64,000 nucleotides of DNA from Octopus vulgaris (taxonomy: Eukaryota), in assembly GCA_951406725.2 (NCBI GenBank), contig OX597816.1:24738001-24802000 (forward strand), given 5' to 3'. The notes under the pieces were generated by a model. That model was given only the letters and a program-made list of their open reading frames with translations, made no database searches and was not told the DNA's origin. Shown here in pieces: positions 24,857 through 37,794 of this stretch. Made by a program: the position numbers and the translations under genes. Position 1 is the first letter of the stretch. The number at the start of each line of letters is the position of its first letter.

Positions 24857-26020
24857 TATATAGTAACAAAAGATCTCTCGAAAATCATCAAGCAGAAACT
24901 ACGCTATTAGGTTAAATAAAAAAAAAATTTACCGAAAATTACGCGCCTTTCACCTTGACCAAGATTTTGTCCCATTATTTTTATCCTACACTGAAATAGA
25001 AGCAGGGAGAGCTAAACACTGAAAATCATTTGTATATAGCAACAAAAGGGTATCTCTCGAAAATCATCTAGCAGAAACTACGCTATTAGGTAACCCCCCC
25101 CCCCGAAAAACAGTGAAAATCATGCACCTTTCACCTTGATCGAGATTTTGTCCCATTCCTTCTATCCTACACTGAGAAAGAAGCAGGGAGAGCTAAACAC
25201 TGAAAATCATTTGTATATAGCAACAATAGGGTATCTCTCGAAAATCATCTAGCAGAAACTACGCTATTAGGTAACCCCCCCCCCCCAAAAAAAAACAGTG
25301 TAAATTATGCACCTTTCACCTTGACCCAAGATTTTGTCCCATTCCTTCTATCATACACTGAAAAAGAAGCAGGGAAATCTAAACACTGAAAAGCCCCATG
25401 ACCAAATAAAATCACAAATCGTATATACCTAAAGCACCTTGCACATTACAACGCTTAACAATACCAACATCATTTCAAACATGTCATCATCATCATCATC
25501 GTTTAGCGTCCGTTTTCCATGCTAGCATGGGTTGGACGGTTCAACTGGGATCTGGGAAGCCAGAAGGCTTCATCAGGCCCAGTCAGATCTGGCAGTGTTT
25601 CTACGGCTGGATGCCCTTCCTAACGCCAACCGCTCCGTGAGTGTAGTGGGTGCTTTTTACATGCCACCCGCACAGGTGCCAGACAGAGCTGGCAAACGGC
25701 CACGAATGGATGGTGCTTTTTATGTGCCACCGGCATGGGGGCCAGGCGAGGCTGTTGAAATATTCTGCAGTAAGTGTCCAAGGTTGTTTGTATCATTGTT
25801 ACTTGACCTGCCTTACCTAGCAGCTGAATCACTCACAAATCACAATGGATAATATAAGCCAGTGTTTAGATCTCCCTGCTTCTTTTTCAGTGTAGGTTAG
25901 AAGGAATGGGACAAAATCTTGATCAAAGTGAAAGGTGTGTAATTTTTGCTGTTTTTTTTTTTTAACCTAATAGCATAGTTTCTGCTTGATGATTTTCGAG
26001 GAATACCCTTCTGTTTCTAG
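24857..26020. repeat. Three tandem units of about 180 bp plus one inverted unit (25860-26020)
   Basis: CTCGAAAATCATC.AGCAGAAACTACGCTATTAGGT...AGATTTTGTCCCATT...AGAAGCAGGGA..CTAAACACTG starts near 24877, 25056 and 25236, and appears reversed at the right. Confidence 0.85.
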
Positions 26021-29000
26021 CAGATGAAGCATTACTTATCCAATATTCAGTGTCTCAAAGGCAGAAACGTTAGCGTGCTGGGTGACATGCTTAGCAGTAT
26101 TTCGCGTCTGTCTTTACGTTCTGAGTTCAAATTCCACCGAGGCCGACTTTGCCTTTCATCCTTTCAGGGTCGATAAATTAAGTACCAGTTGCATACTGGG
26201 TTGATCTAATCGACTGACCCCCTTCCCAAGAATTTTGGGCCTTGTGCCTAGAACAGAAAAGAATATTTAGTGTCTTGGAGTAGCATGTCTTCTCTGTCAT
26301 TGTATGGCATGTATATATCAAAGTCTAAATAAAAACAATTCAGAAGATTAGAATATTTATTAAACCTTGCCAGCGCTTGAAAAGAAGATATAGAAACATC
26401 TACATTGTAGGTGCAGGAGTGGCTGTGTGGTAAGTATCTTGCTTACCAACCACATGGTTCTGGGTTCAGTCCCACTGCATGGCACCTTGGGCAAGTGTCT
26501 TCTACTACAGCCTTGGGCCGACCAAAGCCTTGTGAGTGGATTTGGTAAACGGAAACTGAAAAGAAGCCCGTCGTATATATGTATATGTATATGTGAGTTT
26601 GTGTGTCTGTGTTTGTCCCCTCAACATCACTTGACAACCGATGCTGGTGTGTTTACGTCCCTATAACTTAGCAGTTCGGCAAAAGAGACTGATAGAATAA
26701 ATACTAGGCTTACAAAGAATAAGTCCTGGGGTCGATTTGCTTGACTAAAGGTGATGCTCCAGCATGGCCACAGTCAAATGACTGAAACAAGTAAAAGAGT
26801 AAAAAGAGTATTGCCTCTTCACCAGCTAGAAATAGCAACCAAATCTTCATATCATACCCACCCATTGTTAAAAAAATGGAAGCATCCATTAGATAATTTT
26901 GTCTTAGAAACATTGGAAGAGGATGATCACTGCCAGGATGCTTTTCATCATACGGTCTGCTCAGTCACGGTTGTCAAGTGATGTTGAGGGGACAAACACA
27001 GACATACAAACTCACATATACATATACATACACATATATATGACGGGCTTCTTTTCAGTTTCCGTTTACCAAATCCACTCACAAGGCTTTGGTCGGCCCG
27101 AGGCTATAGTAGAAGACACTTGCCCAAGGTGCCACGCAGTGGGACTGAACCCAGAACCATGTGGTTGGTAAGCAAGCTACTTATCACACAGCCACTCCTG
27201 CGCCTACATAAGTAATAACAGCTACAGAAATAATTATGTATATATCTTTTTGGGTTTTTTTCCTCCTTTTACTTGTTTCCGTGGCCATGCTGGGGCACTA
27301 CCTTGAAGAGTTTTTAGCCAAGTGAATTGACCTCCGTACTTTGTTTTAAAGCTTGGTACTTATTTTATTGGTCTCGTTTTGCCAAACTGCTAATTTATAT
27401 GTTTTCATTAAATGTAAGAGTGCAATATAAGGAAGATTTGGCTGCTAATTGTAGCAGGTCTAACAACCACAGAGAAGTACATCAGTAATTCTTGGGAGCC
27501 AAAATTATTTTTGGTGGCACGTAAACGCACCCACTACACTCTCGGAGTGGTTGGCATTGGGAAGGGCATCCAGCTGTAGAAACTCTGCTAGATCAGATTG
27601 GAGCCTGGTGCAGCCATCTGGTTTGCCAGGCCTCAGTCAAATCGTCCAACCAATGCTAGCATAGAAAGTGGACGTTAAACAATGATGATGATGATGATGA
27701 TGATTTATTGACATGAGAAGTCAATGGGTGGAAGTAGATGCATTGAGAATTACACATAAGCAATAATCTTTTCTAATGGAGGCACATGGCCTACTGGTTA
27801 GAGCAACGAACTCGCGGTTGAGGGATCACAGGTTCGAATCTCAGACTGGGCGATGTGTATGTTTATGAGCGAAACACCTAAGCTCCACACAGCTCCAGCA
27901 GAAGGTAATGGTGAACTTCTTCTGACTCTTTTTGCCATAAATTTCTCTCACTCTTTCCTCCTGCATCTAGCAGCTCACCTGCGATGGACCAGCGTCCTGT
28001 CCAATAAAACTGGGAAACTGGCCCTTATGCACCAAGCCTGGCTCTAGAAGGAACAAATAACAATAATCCTTTCTACTATAGGCACAAGAGGGGGGGGAGT
28101 CGATTAGATTGACCCCAGTACGCAACTGGTACTTAATTTATTGACCTTGAAAGGATGAAAAGCAAAGTCGACCTCAGTGGAATTTGAACTCAGAATGTAA
28201 AGATAAATGAAATACCATTAAGCATTTCGCCCGGCATGCTAACGATTCTACCAGCTCGCCACCTTAACACATAAGCAATAAGGCAGTCATAGGATTAAAA
28301 TCCTAACAGTCATTATTGTGTTGAATGGAATTCTTTTGGTATTTGTTTCGAGAGGGTAAATATCTACAAGAAAAAATGGAAACATGATATCTTGAGACAT
28401 CATGAGGCAATGATTGAAAAAGGGTGAAAGAAGACAAGTGTTACTGTAAGAAGCAACTAACAGCCATAGTTGTGAAAGAACGGCAATTCTGTTTAACCCT
28501 TTTCATTATCATATTTCTAATGAAATTTACTGCATTCATTTCAATTAATTTTGAAAATAATAAAGAATTTAGCAAAATAATTTTGCCCTAAGTATGCTGG
28601 TATTTGGAACATAAATTAACTGGAAATTTTGATGAAATATTTAAATTTAGGTCACTTCAAAACAGGAAATTGCATCATAGAATCAGGGGTGGTCAGGCTA
28701 GTATCAAAAGAGTTGTGACGAGCAAAATGCCCCCTATCCAATAGACAGTGCTGAGTTGTCAAACATTTAAACCAGATTTTCTCAAAACAACTTATCCAAC
28801 CGTCCCATAGGCCTCCCCTTTGAGAAACACCGATTTAACCTAAATTTGAGACAACAGCAAAAGAAGAAGTAAAGATAGATTTTTTTTCTTTTCCAAAGAA
28901 TGCTTTATCTATCGCATTCTCACCTGGAATCGATTTTTGTAATTTTTTCAAGACTTATAAATGCCCTGATATCGTCGGTATCTACATATCAAATTTGAGC

Positions 29001-29266
29001 ACAATCGGATGGAGGATGCCTGAGATCCTAGAAGACACACACACAGACAGACAGAATGGATTTTATATAATAGATTTGGTGGTTAGTGTATGTGGCTCGT
29101 GATCGTAAGGTCATGAGTTTGATTCCCAGTGATGAGTTGTGCCCTTGAGCAAGACACTTTATTTTATGTTGCTCCAGTTCGCTTAGCTGGTAAAAATGAG
29201 TAGCCCTTGTATTTCAAAGGGCCAGCCTTGTCACATTCTGTGGCCTGCTGAATCTCCTGAAGAACT

Positions 29267-29985
29267 ATGATGGTTGTTCATTAAAGATTTCCCCTGACCC
29301 ATTTTTGGTTATTGCAGAAAATGGAACTTGTACAGGTATGACCATACATATCTTTACATGTGACATTGTAAATTGCAACTTTCCACTAGTATTCATTTGT
29401 CTTTTATGGTTGCTGGAGTGGACTAAGGAGATATAATGGAGGCAGTGGAATGCAGATCAGTGATCAGGTTCTTATATTTGAAATGTTGTACACCAAAAGA
29501 GATTTTTGATGAGATGAAAGAAGTTTATGGTGATGATGCACCATTATATGGCATCAGCAGTTCAAATGTGGTCGGACATCGGTGGAAACTGTTCCTATTC
29601 CTGGACGACCACATTCCACCATTGACGACGACACCATCCATAAAGTGGAAGCTGCCTTTTTTTGGAGGATCACTGCATAACTATTTGGCAACTAGCCCAA
29701 GAAGTGAAGATAAGTGTAGGGTCTGGAAAAAATCATTCACGACCATTTGCACATGCAGAAGTTGTCTGCACAATGGATTCCACAGATGCTCACACCTCTT
29801 CAGAGGCAGGAATGAGTCAGTTGCTCCCAGGCTCTTTTGGCAATGTGCCAAGAAAATGAGGAGGACGTTTTTGGCAATCTTATCACACAGGATAAAACAT
29901 GGCTCCATCATTATGATCCTGAGACTAAAGTCCAGTTGAAGCAATGGAAGCATGATAACTCCAAAGAAGGCTCATGTCCAACCCG
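29267..29985 (+). mobile_element. Mariner transposase pseudogene, 5' part
   Basis: RSVIRFLYLK...EIFDEMKEVYGDDA (HTH), WIPQML (WVPHEL-like), ITQDKTWLHHYDPETK (first catalytic D region); frameshifts. Confidence 0.9.
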
Positions 29986-31789
29986 CAACAAACCCCAGTT
30001 GAACCATCCAACCAGGAGGCTGCACCAGGCCCCAATATGATCTGGCAGTGTTTCTACTGCTGGATGCCCTTCCTAACACCAACCACTCTGAGAGTGTAGT
30101 GGGTGCTTTTTACATGCCACTGGCACAGGAGCCAGAGGAGATGGCATCGACCAAGTTCAGATGGTGCTTTTTACGTGCTACCGGTACGGGGTCACAACTA
30201 CAATTTCCATTTGATATTGCTGATGTTGATAAACTTGACTCGATAGGTCTCCTCAAGTACGGCATGTCACCCTACGATCCAAGGTACTTTTCAGTGGGCT
30301 GGTTATGCGACACTGGTATGGGTTGATGATGATATTCAAGAAAGCTTCATTGTGATAAGTGATATGTGAAAGTCGCATGTAGATTTACTTCTGAATTAAT
30401 GAATTTGCCAAACCGAGTCATTGCATGGGTTTTGGGGGTCCAGTTACTGCAGAGTCACAAACTGTTGAATCTGTGTGGGAAAATCCTCGAGTCATAAAAT
30501 GTGAAAATTTGTGAAACTTAGCCAATTGGAAAAATACCATGGAAGTAAATACCATGGATTAAGGTCTAACTTGCCAATTGGAAGTAAATACCATGGAAAT
30601 TAGTATATTTTATTCTTATAATTAATTATATTCGTTTACTGTATTGGTCCTTACTTTTATAATTAAAGACAGGATAAACTGGATTATGGAGGTCTAAACA
30701 CTGGTCACTTGATTACAGGTTGTCTCAAGGTTGATGTGAGACTAAAGAACAGCATTCTCTTTTTATTGGAATCTATATCAGAAATTCTGATTTTTGGCAT
30801 TAGAAAGGTTAATTGAAAAAAGAATATTTCTGGATAAGTGCCCTAAATTTCTGGGTTTTCAGCTCATTAATTTTTTATTTTTGTTCAGGAAATTTGACAA
30901 ATAGGCACAGGAGTGCTGTGTGGTAGCTGTGTGGTAAGTAGCTTGCTAACCAACCACATGGTTCCGGGTTCAGTCCACTGCGTGGCATCTTGGGCAAGTG
31001 TCTTCTGCTATAGCCCCGGGCCGACCAATGCCTTGTGAGTGGATTTGGTAGACGGAAACTGAAAGAAGCCTGTCGTATATATGTATAGTATATATATATA
31101 TATATATATATGTTTGTGTGTCTGTGTTCGTCCCCCTAGCATTGCTTGACAACCGATGCTGGTGTGTTTACGTCCCCGTCACTTAGCGGTTCGGCAAAAG
31201 AGACTGATAGAATAAGTACTGGGCTTACAAAGAATAAGTTCTGGGGTCGATTTGATCGACTAAAGGCGGTGCTCCAGCATGGCCGCAGTCAAAATGACTG
31301 AAACAAGTAAAAGAGTAAGAGTAAAATGGTTAAGAGTACTCTCCCTTGATACAAGACTGTGATGCTTAACTATAACTTGAGTTTAAAAAATTATGTTTCA
31401 TTTTTGAAGATGTATTTCTATCAACGTTGCTGTTTTTCGTTTTCACCTATAAGATTTCAAAAGTTTTTAAATTTTAGAAACGTGTTTCAGCAATTTACTT
31501 TAATTTTTATTGATTTGCTTGAAAAATTGGTTTTATTTAGATCATTTTAAAAGTACTGTATGTGATGACAAAAATGATACACGTTTCCAAAATAAGGTTG
31601 CAAAAAGATCACCCAGGGTCCTAAATGCCAAGTTGAAGCTCCCATAAGTTTTAATCCATTTAAATCCTTTTGTTCTGAATATTGTTGTTGGCATCCTTTT
31701 GTCTCGGGAGACAATGGAGTTGCGCATAAAATAATCTAGTCCGGCTTTTACATTTCATGTCCTAATGCATCTCATGCTGTGGCTGTGTA

Positions 31790-32005
31790 GTCCTATCCTG
31801 GACAAACCCTCCCTCTGGCAGGTGCCGCAAATGTAGCGCAACCCTGGGTAGGTCATCAGGTATGCCAGGGCACATGGTCCTGACGTTCCAGCTTGCTAAC
31901 CGCAGGACTGCTGGTTTCTTGTCGTTTGACAGAGGTTGCAGGCCGTTTTTCAAGTCAAACTCTTAGCTCCAAGCACCCAATGAAGCAGGTGACCTGTGGC
32001 TTAGG
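31790..32005 (-). mobile_element. RTE-type LINE 5' fragment (start of AP endonuclease)
   Basis: LRLASWNVRTM motif. Confidence 0.65.
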
Positions 32006-32183
32006 GTTAATTGTCTTTGCTTAAACCTCTTCAATCCTTAATCATTGGATTGTGGCCATGTTGGAGCAATTCCTCTTCAAGGAATTGCTTCAGCATGGCC
32101 ACAATCCAATGATTAAAACAAATCAAAGATGAAAATATCTTTCCTTTTTATTTTTATTATTTTTTTTTTGTTTTTCATTACAG

Positions 32184-32473
32184 GTTTTCTTGGCCATTCT
32201 TCTTCAAGAATTCCTTCATGTGCTGCAGTACCATTTCGAGGGCATTCACATGACTCCTCTCATACACCTAAAAAGGGAAAAACCCCAACCGGAAAACTTG
32301 ATGATCCTTGGTCTGACCTCACTGTAGATCAACAGCCCTCTGTTGAATATAAACCTCTAGAGAAGTTTCCTGATAACACCAACCCACAGACAGGGGAAAT
32401 TGATGGACCACGTGGACCTGAGCCCACTAGATATGGCGATTGGGAAAGAAAAGGACGTGTAACAGACTTTTAA
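32184..32473 (+). CDS. SDHAF4: Succinate dehydrogenase assembly factor 4 (Sdh8/DUF1674), exon 2 with stop
   Basis: Long polypyrimidine tract and CAG acceptor. C-terminus [30 protein letters not shown] is the DUF1674 signature. Confidence 0.96.
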
Positions 32474-32546
32474 TTAGTAATAATTGGTGTGGAGACTTAA
32501 TATTTTTAATTGATAGTGGAAGCAAAAAAAAAAAATTATTAAAAAA

Positions 32547-32620
32547 AATAAAGGATATTGTTATATTTGTTTATTCATTGGTTAGTACAACTCCCTTAAT
32601 TTATTGTTGTTTGCAATAAA
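32547..32620 (+). terminator. Candidate polyadenylation signals of SDHAF4
   Basis: AATAAA at 32547-32552 and 32615-32620, followed by T/GT-rich sequence. Confidence 0.5.
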
Positions 32621-33301
32621 ACTTTGTTTTTAAGAAATGATTAAACATTCTCAGGAAGATTTAACATAATAAAAACAATATTTGACTATTCAGCTAAACC
32701 TGTTTCTTCTTTTTTTCTTCTTGTTTCAGTCATATGACTGTAGACATGCTGGAGTACTGCTTTTAGTCACACAAATCGACCCCAGTTAAAAAACCATATT
32801 GTTTTTCAGTGATTATTTATTTCAATTGTGGCTGGTTTGTTTTGATTCTTCCAGACATTTAGCATTTGAAAATTTGCTCGGGTTTAGCCAAGCGAATGAA
32901 TGAACCCATGTCTAGCTATCTGCTATGGGAATTATACTCTACATTTAGTTCAGTTCTAAGCTTGGCTGTGTGGTTAAGAAGTTCATTGTGCAACCATGTG
33001 AATTTGGGTTCAGTTCCACTATGTAGCACCATAAGAAGTTTTTTTTTTTTTTTTTCACTATTGAAAATGTAACACATTGTCTAGTCCAAGAATTGAAACC
33101 ACAATCTTCTAGTCATGATTTCAATACCCTAATCACTAAGCCATGTGCCTCAGGAAGTGGCTACTGAGAATCGAACCCAGTACTTCTCAAATTCTGGATA
33201 AGTGCTCTGTGCCATTAAACTAAGTGACCTCTGATGCTACTCACCAATTCTGATACTACCAAGTATGATGCTATTCAATTTTCCCCCCCAATAATTGTTT
33301 T

Positions 33302-33740
33302 TTATTACACACATGTGAGTGAGAACACTTCGAGATATTTTTGGTATCTCACATATGTCAGATACTGCGAGTGCTGCTTCTGATTGGTCAATCCATGGTG
33401 ATGACCCGAGGTCACGGTGACGGCACTACTTTTGTCATTCATAAGTTACAGCTAAACTTCATTCATTACTTTCACGAGCAGGTAGAATGTAGCCATGTAA
33501 TTAAACAAACATACTATCTTTTTTATACCAGATATCACTTAAAGTCATATACACATAAAATATAAACATTTCTGGTGGTAATTTAGTTATTGGGTTAATA
33601 AAATATGGTCGTTTATTCGTGTGTAATAAATAAAATACCAAACTCATTCCCTATGGATACCGTATTTATTACAACTCGTGGCTTGTAATAAATACGATAT
33701 CCATAGGGAAATCGTTTGGTATTCTCTATGTATTACATAC
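33302..33740. mobile_element. Palindromic non-autonomous DNA element(s), family unassigned
   Basis: TTATTACACAC...GTGTGTAATAA ends and a roughly 60-bp-arm hairpin at 33622-33738. Confidence 0.5.
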
Positions 33741-34289
33741 CTTGTGTTACATACGAGTAAATATTGTAGCTCAGTTCTAATTCACTTAGGAGGAGCACTC
33801 TGTCGGTTACGACGACGAGGGTTCCAGTTTTCGCTCGCTAAACATTCAGAACGCCCGGTCTGGAAATCGAAACCGCGATCCTATGACCGCAAGACCGCTG
33901 CCCTAACTATTGGGCCAATTAAGCCTCCACACTCCACAAACACGTGTACCTTTGACATTGTTCTCTGGGAGATGATTCAGCGTGGCACAGCGTGAAAGGC
34001 TGTCCCTTTCAAATACAAGTACAACTCATTTTTGCCAGCTGAGTGGACTGGAGCAACGTGAAATAAAGTGTCTTGTTCAAGGACACAACGTGTGGACAAG
34101 AATCGAACACACAACCTTATGATCGTGAGCCGAATGCCTTAACCACGAAGCCACGCGTCTTCACATTCTAATTCACATATAGCATTGAAGTAGGAAAAAA
34201 AAAAAAAATTACGTAGTAACAACTCGGATCTAGCAATACAGATAAACTAGTTTTCCTTTATTTGATGTCGGTATCATACTCTGCAATGG

Positions 34290-34630
34290 ATAATAATAAT
34301 AATAATAAATGTGTACAGTGCTCAGGTGCATACAACTCATCTAAAGTGTATATATAATCAGGTGTAGTTTCGGCGGATTTCGGAAAGCATGAGGGCCTTA
34401 AAGGATGCAGTGTCAATGCAGTCAACAACTGACGCAGGCAGTTTATTCCATGCTTCAGCAACTTTGAGCGTGAAAAAATGTTTCCGAAAGTCATGGGAGC
34501 TGTGTTGTTTTCTGACTTTGTAGGCATGTCCACGTGTGTTAGACACATGGAGATCAAAAAGGTGTTCAGTGTTGTTGTTGGTGAGGTGGTTGATAACTTT
34601 GTGGGTGTTTACCAAGTCCGTCGCCAAGTG
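34290..34630 (-). mobile_element. CR1-type LINE 3' end (same family as 5283-5753)
   Basis: NTRGHAYKVRKQHSSHDFRKHFFTLKVAEAWNKLP plus (TTA)n tail. Confidence 0.88.
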
Positions 34631-35390
34631 TTTACCAAGTCCGTCGAGCATTGAAGTAGGAAAAAGAACGTTTAAGAATAACATTACCCAGTGTTCAACT
34701 GGTACTTATTTATCGACCCCGAAAAGAAAAAAAGGTAAAGTCGACCTTGGCGGAATTTGAACTCGGAACGAAAAGACGGACGGAATGCCCCTAAGCATTT
34801 TGCCCAACGTGCTAGCGATTCTTTCAGCTCACTACCTTGACGAAGAAAATAATTATTTCTCCTCTAGGCGCAAGGCTGTAAAAAGTTTTTTTGGGGGAAG
34901 GGGGCTAGTCGATTACATCGACCCCAGTGCGTAACAGGTACTTATTTCCTCGACCCCGAAAGGATGAAAAGCAAAGTCGATCGCGGCGGAATTTGAACTC
35001 AGAACATAAAGACAGACGAAATATCGCTAAGCATTTTGCTCGGCGTGCTAACGATTCTTATTTCTTTATTGCCCACAAGGAGCTAAACATAGAGGGGACA
35101 AACAAGGACAGACAAAGGGATTAGGTCGATTACATCTACCCCAGGGCGTGACAGGTACTTAATTTATCAGCCCCGAAAGGATGAAAGGCAAAGTCGAACT
35201 CGGAACGTAACGGCAGACGAAATACTGCTAAGCATTATCGCCACCTTAACGAAGAAAATAATAATGTTTAGAGTATATATTGGGTTTTGATGCTAACAGC
35301 AAGAGAAATAGCAGGTAAATTGATATTAGTATAAGGAGTATCATTAAGTTGATTAAAAAAAACTTGAGTGAATTCAAACGCCACAAGTAA

Positions 35391-35449
35391 TTATGTTCGG
35401 TTAATATGGGAAGTAACTCCAGACAGTAGGGGAGACAACTTTTGACATA
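35391..35449 (-). CDS. Candidate terminal exon (LCQKLSPLLSGVTSHINRT*)
   Basis: GTCTCTTTTAG acceptor in a unique island between SINEs; phase-compatible with the preceding candidate. Confidence 0.25.
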
Positions 35450-35682
35450 CTAAAAGAGACACGCAATCACGTTGCTCCAGTCCACTCAGCTGGCAAAAAT
35501 GAGTTGTACTTGTATTTCAAAGGGTCAGCCTTGTCACTCTCTGTGTCACGCTGATTATCCCCGAGAACTACGTTAAGGGTACACGTGTCTGTGGAATGCT
35601 CAGCCATTTGCACGTTAATTTCACGAGCAAGCTGTTCCGTTGATCGTATCAGCTGAGACCCTCGTCGTCGTAACCGGCGGAG

Positions 35683-36483
35683 TCTTTATATAAAAGTCAA
35701 GTTGTGTGTCTGTCTCCTACGATTTAGATTCCTAACTACTCCCACATTTTGCGGTGCAGTTTAACCAAAACCGGGTATCTTATAGTCGTGATTCATATCG
35801 AGCCCGTCTAAGTATTAGCGCGCGTCAACGATGAGTCTACGATTTTAAAAATAATTTACCATCATTTTTTCCATTTTAATGCATATCTTTTTAAATATAA
35901 GGGAAGTAACTCTCTAAAAATGTCTACGATGAGTCAACGATTTAAAAAAAAAATTACCATAATTTTTTTTCCATTTTTAATGCATTTTTTGCTATGTTTT
36001 GGCTATAACTCTCTAAAAATGCTTATATAGTTATTTCCCTTACAAATCCGAGCAACGCCGGGCGATACTGCTAGTTACGTATAAAATACATGCATGCGTA
36101 TCTCTCTCTATATAAACGGCAGTTTGTCTGTGCGTGTTTCTGTGTGTCTGTTTGCTTGTACCCTCACCCTGACCACGGCTTTCAACCGATTCTGATGAAA
36201 CTTGACACACACATAGCCCAATGTCATAATTCAAAACTAACGCAGCGAAAATTTTGAAAAGTTCCCCCAGTTCTGAAAAAAAAATCGATAAATTCGACAT
36301 GGGGTCGAGAATCAGAAACACAAACCGCAAACTGTCTAGGGGACGCAACTCCACCTTTTTTAACTAAAAAAAATTTACCATCATTTTTTCCCATTTTTTT
36401 GCTATTTTTTGGCTATAACTCTCTAAAAATGCTTTATAGTTATTTCCCTTACAAACCTGAGCAACGCCGGGCGATACTGCTAG
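35683..36483 (+). mobile_element. Two adjacent non-autonomous Helitrons (35683-36074, 36101-36483)
   Basis: 5' TC..TATATAAA, shared 3' region of about 130 bp ending GAGCAACGCCGGGCGATACTGCTAG|T. Confidence 0.82.
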
Positions 36484-37274
36484 TGTACGTATATATCAGA
36501 ATAAACCTTTCAATTTGTAGTTAACTTAGAAAATGTAATACTTCATAATTATCCACACTGATGCACCAGAGCTTACTGAGACATCATTTGGGTAAATAGA
36601 TAAGTAAGTTAGTAGTGAGATAAGTAAGAGGGTAAATAGATGAATACAGACAGACATACGTGTGTGTGTTGGTGTGTGTGCGCGCGCACGTTTGTTTTTA
36701 TGTCCAAGTTCGACGAAGGCAAACGGGCTGACACTTCGGAGTCACTGTCACCTCTCTTGGTGTAAAACGTGTATGCGAGCGCGTATGGCTATATATGTGT
36801 GTGTGTGTATGTGTCTGTTTGTGTGTGTGTGTGTGTATGTGTGCGTGCGAAGGCGTATGGCTCAGTGGTTAAGGTGTTGCATTCACGATTACGAGATCGT
36901 GGGTTCGATTCCCAGACCGGGTGTTGCGTTGTATTCTTGAGCGAAGCACTTCATTTCTTGTTGCTCTGCGATCACTTCGGCATCTGACATGTGGCACCCA
37001 GTTGCACCTGTACAGGTAATGTCAATTTTGATGGAGAGAGTGAGCTTATGTCTACACAAATATTTGATCACTATAAACGAATCATCTGTGTGATTTTTCA
37101 GATGGCTAACGTCCCTTATATTATATATATATATATATAATATAAGTCACAAACATATATACGCGCGCACGAATTTCTTCGTAAGTGTAGGGAAAATGTG
37201 TATTTTGAAAGGAAATGAAATATAATTAAAAAGAAAAACTTCTTTATCTCCTTCGTATTTTTTGCAACTGCGAT

Positions 37275-37395
37275 AAGTACACGTTGGAAAAGGGCCAGTA
37301 GCTCCCTTCGGAGGGCCGCTAGGGACTCGAGACCACTTCCATTGCTTTCGTCGTGAAATATTACACAAGAATTAGCTTTTAGTTTTTATATAGAT
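37275..37395 (-). mobile_element. Possible mini-Helitron (about 120 bp)
   Basis: 5' TCTATATAAAAAC, 3' CCCTCCGAAGGG hairpin then CTGG. Confidence 0.45.
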
Positions 37396-37632
37396 GCTGT
37401 GGTCTTTCTTGCTATAAATTGACAGACAGACACAAACACACATACACAGACACATTCATCTCTATTATATAGATATATTCTCTGTACATTTTCAACTTCA
37501 TTTCTTCTGTTTCTCCATTTGTTTGGGTTAATAACAATTTATATATGTAAATATATATGTGTGTGACCGCGTGTGTACCGTTGGCGATTTTTTCCCTCTG
37601 TCTTCCCTTCTCTGGATCTTTCCTTCCCCTAT

Positions 37633-37667
37633 GTTTCCGACGAAGAGCTCCGCTCGAAACGTTAAGC
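37633..37667 (+). ncRNA. Minimal hammerhead motif (U4C) in a Penelope-like terminal repeat fragment (about 37470-37760)
   Basis: GUUU-CCGACGA-A-GAGC ucc GCUC-GAAA-CG-UU-AAGC. Confidence 0.6.
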
Positions 37668-37755
37668 CCTCCTTCTTTCCTGAGCGTCCAATAATACTAT
37701 CTTTGTTCCACGACCTCGTGCTGTTGTGTTTTTTTGTGCTTTCTTGTTTGGATTA

Positions 37756-37792
<37 letters not shown>

Positions 37793-37794
<2 letters not shown>

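Noticed and set aside
32129-32183. Hydrophobic 'signal peptide' [18 protein letters not shown] of the 114-aa ORF
   Set aside because: It is the polypyrimidine tract of the SDHAF4 intron; the real N-terminus comes from 23506-23551.
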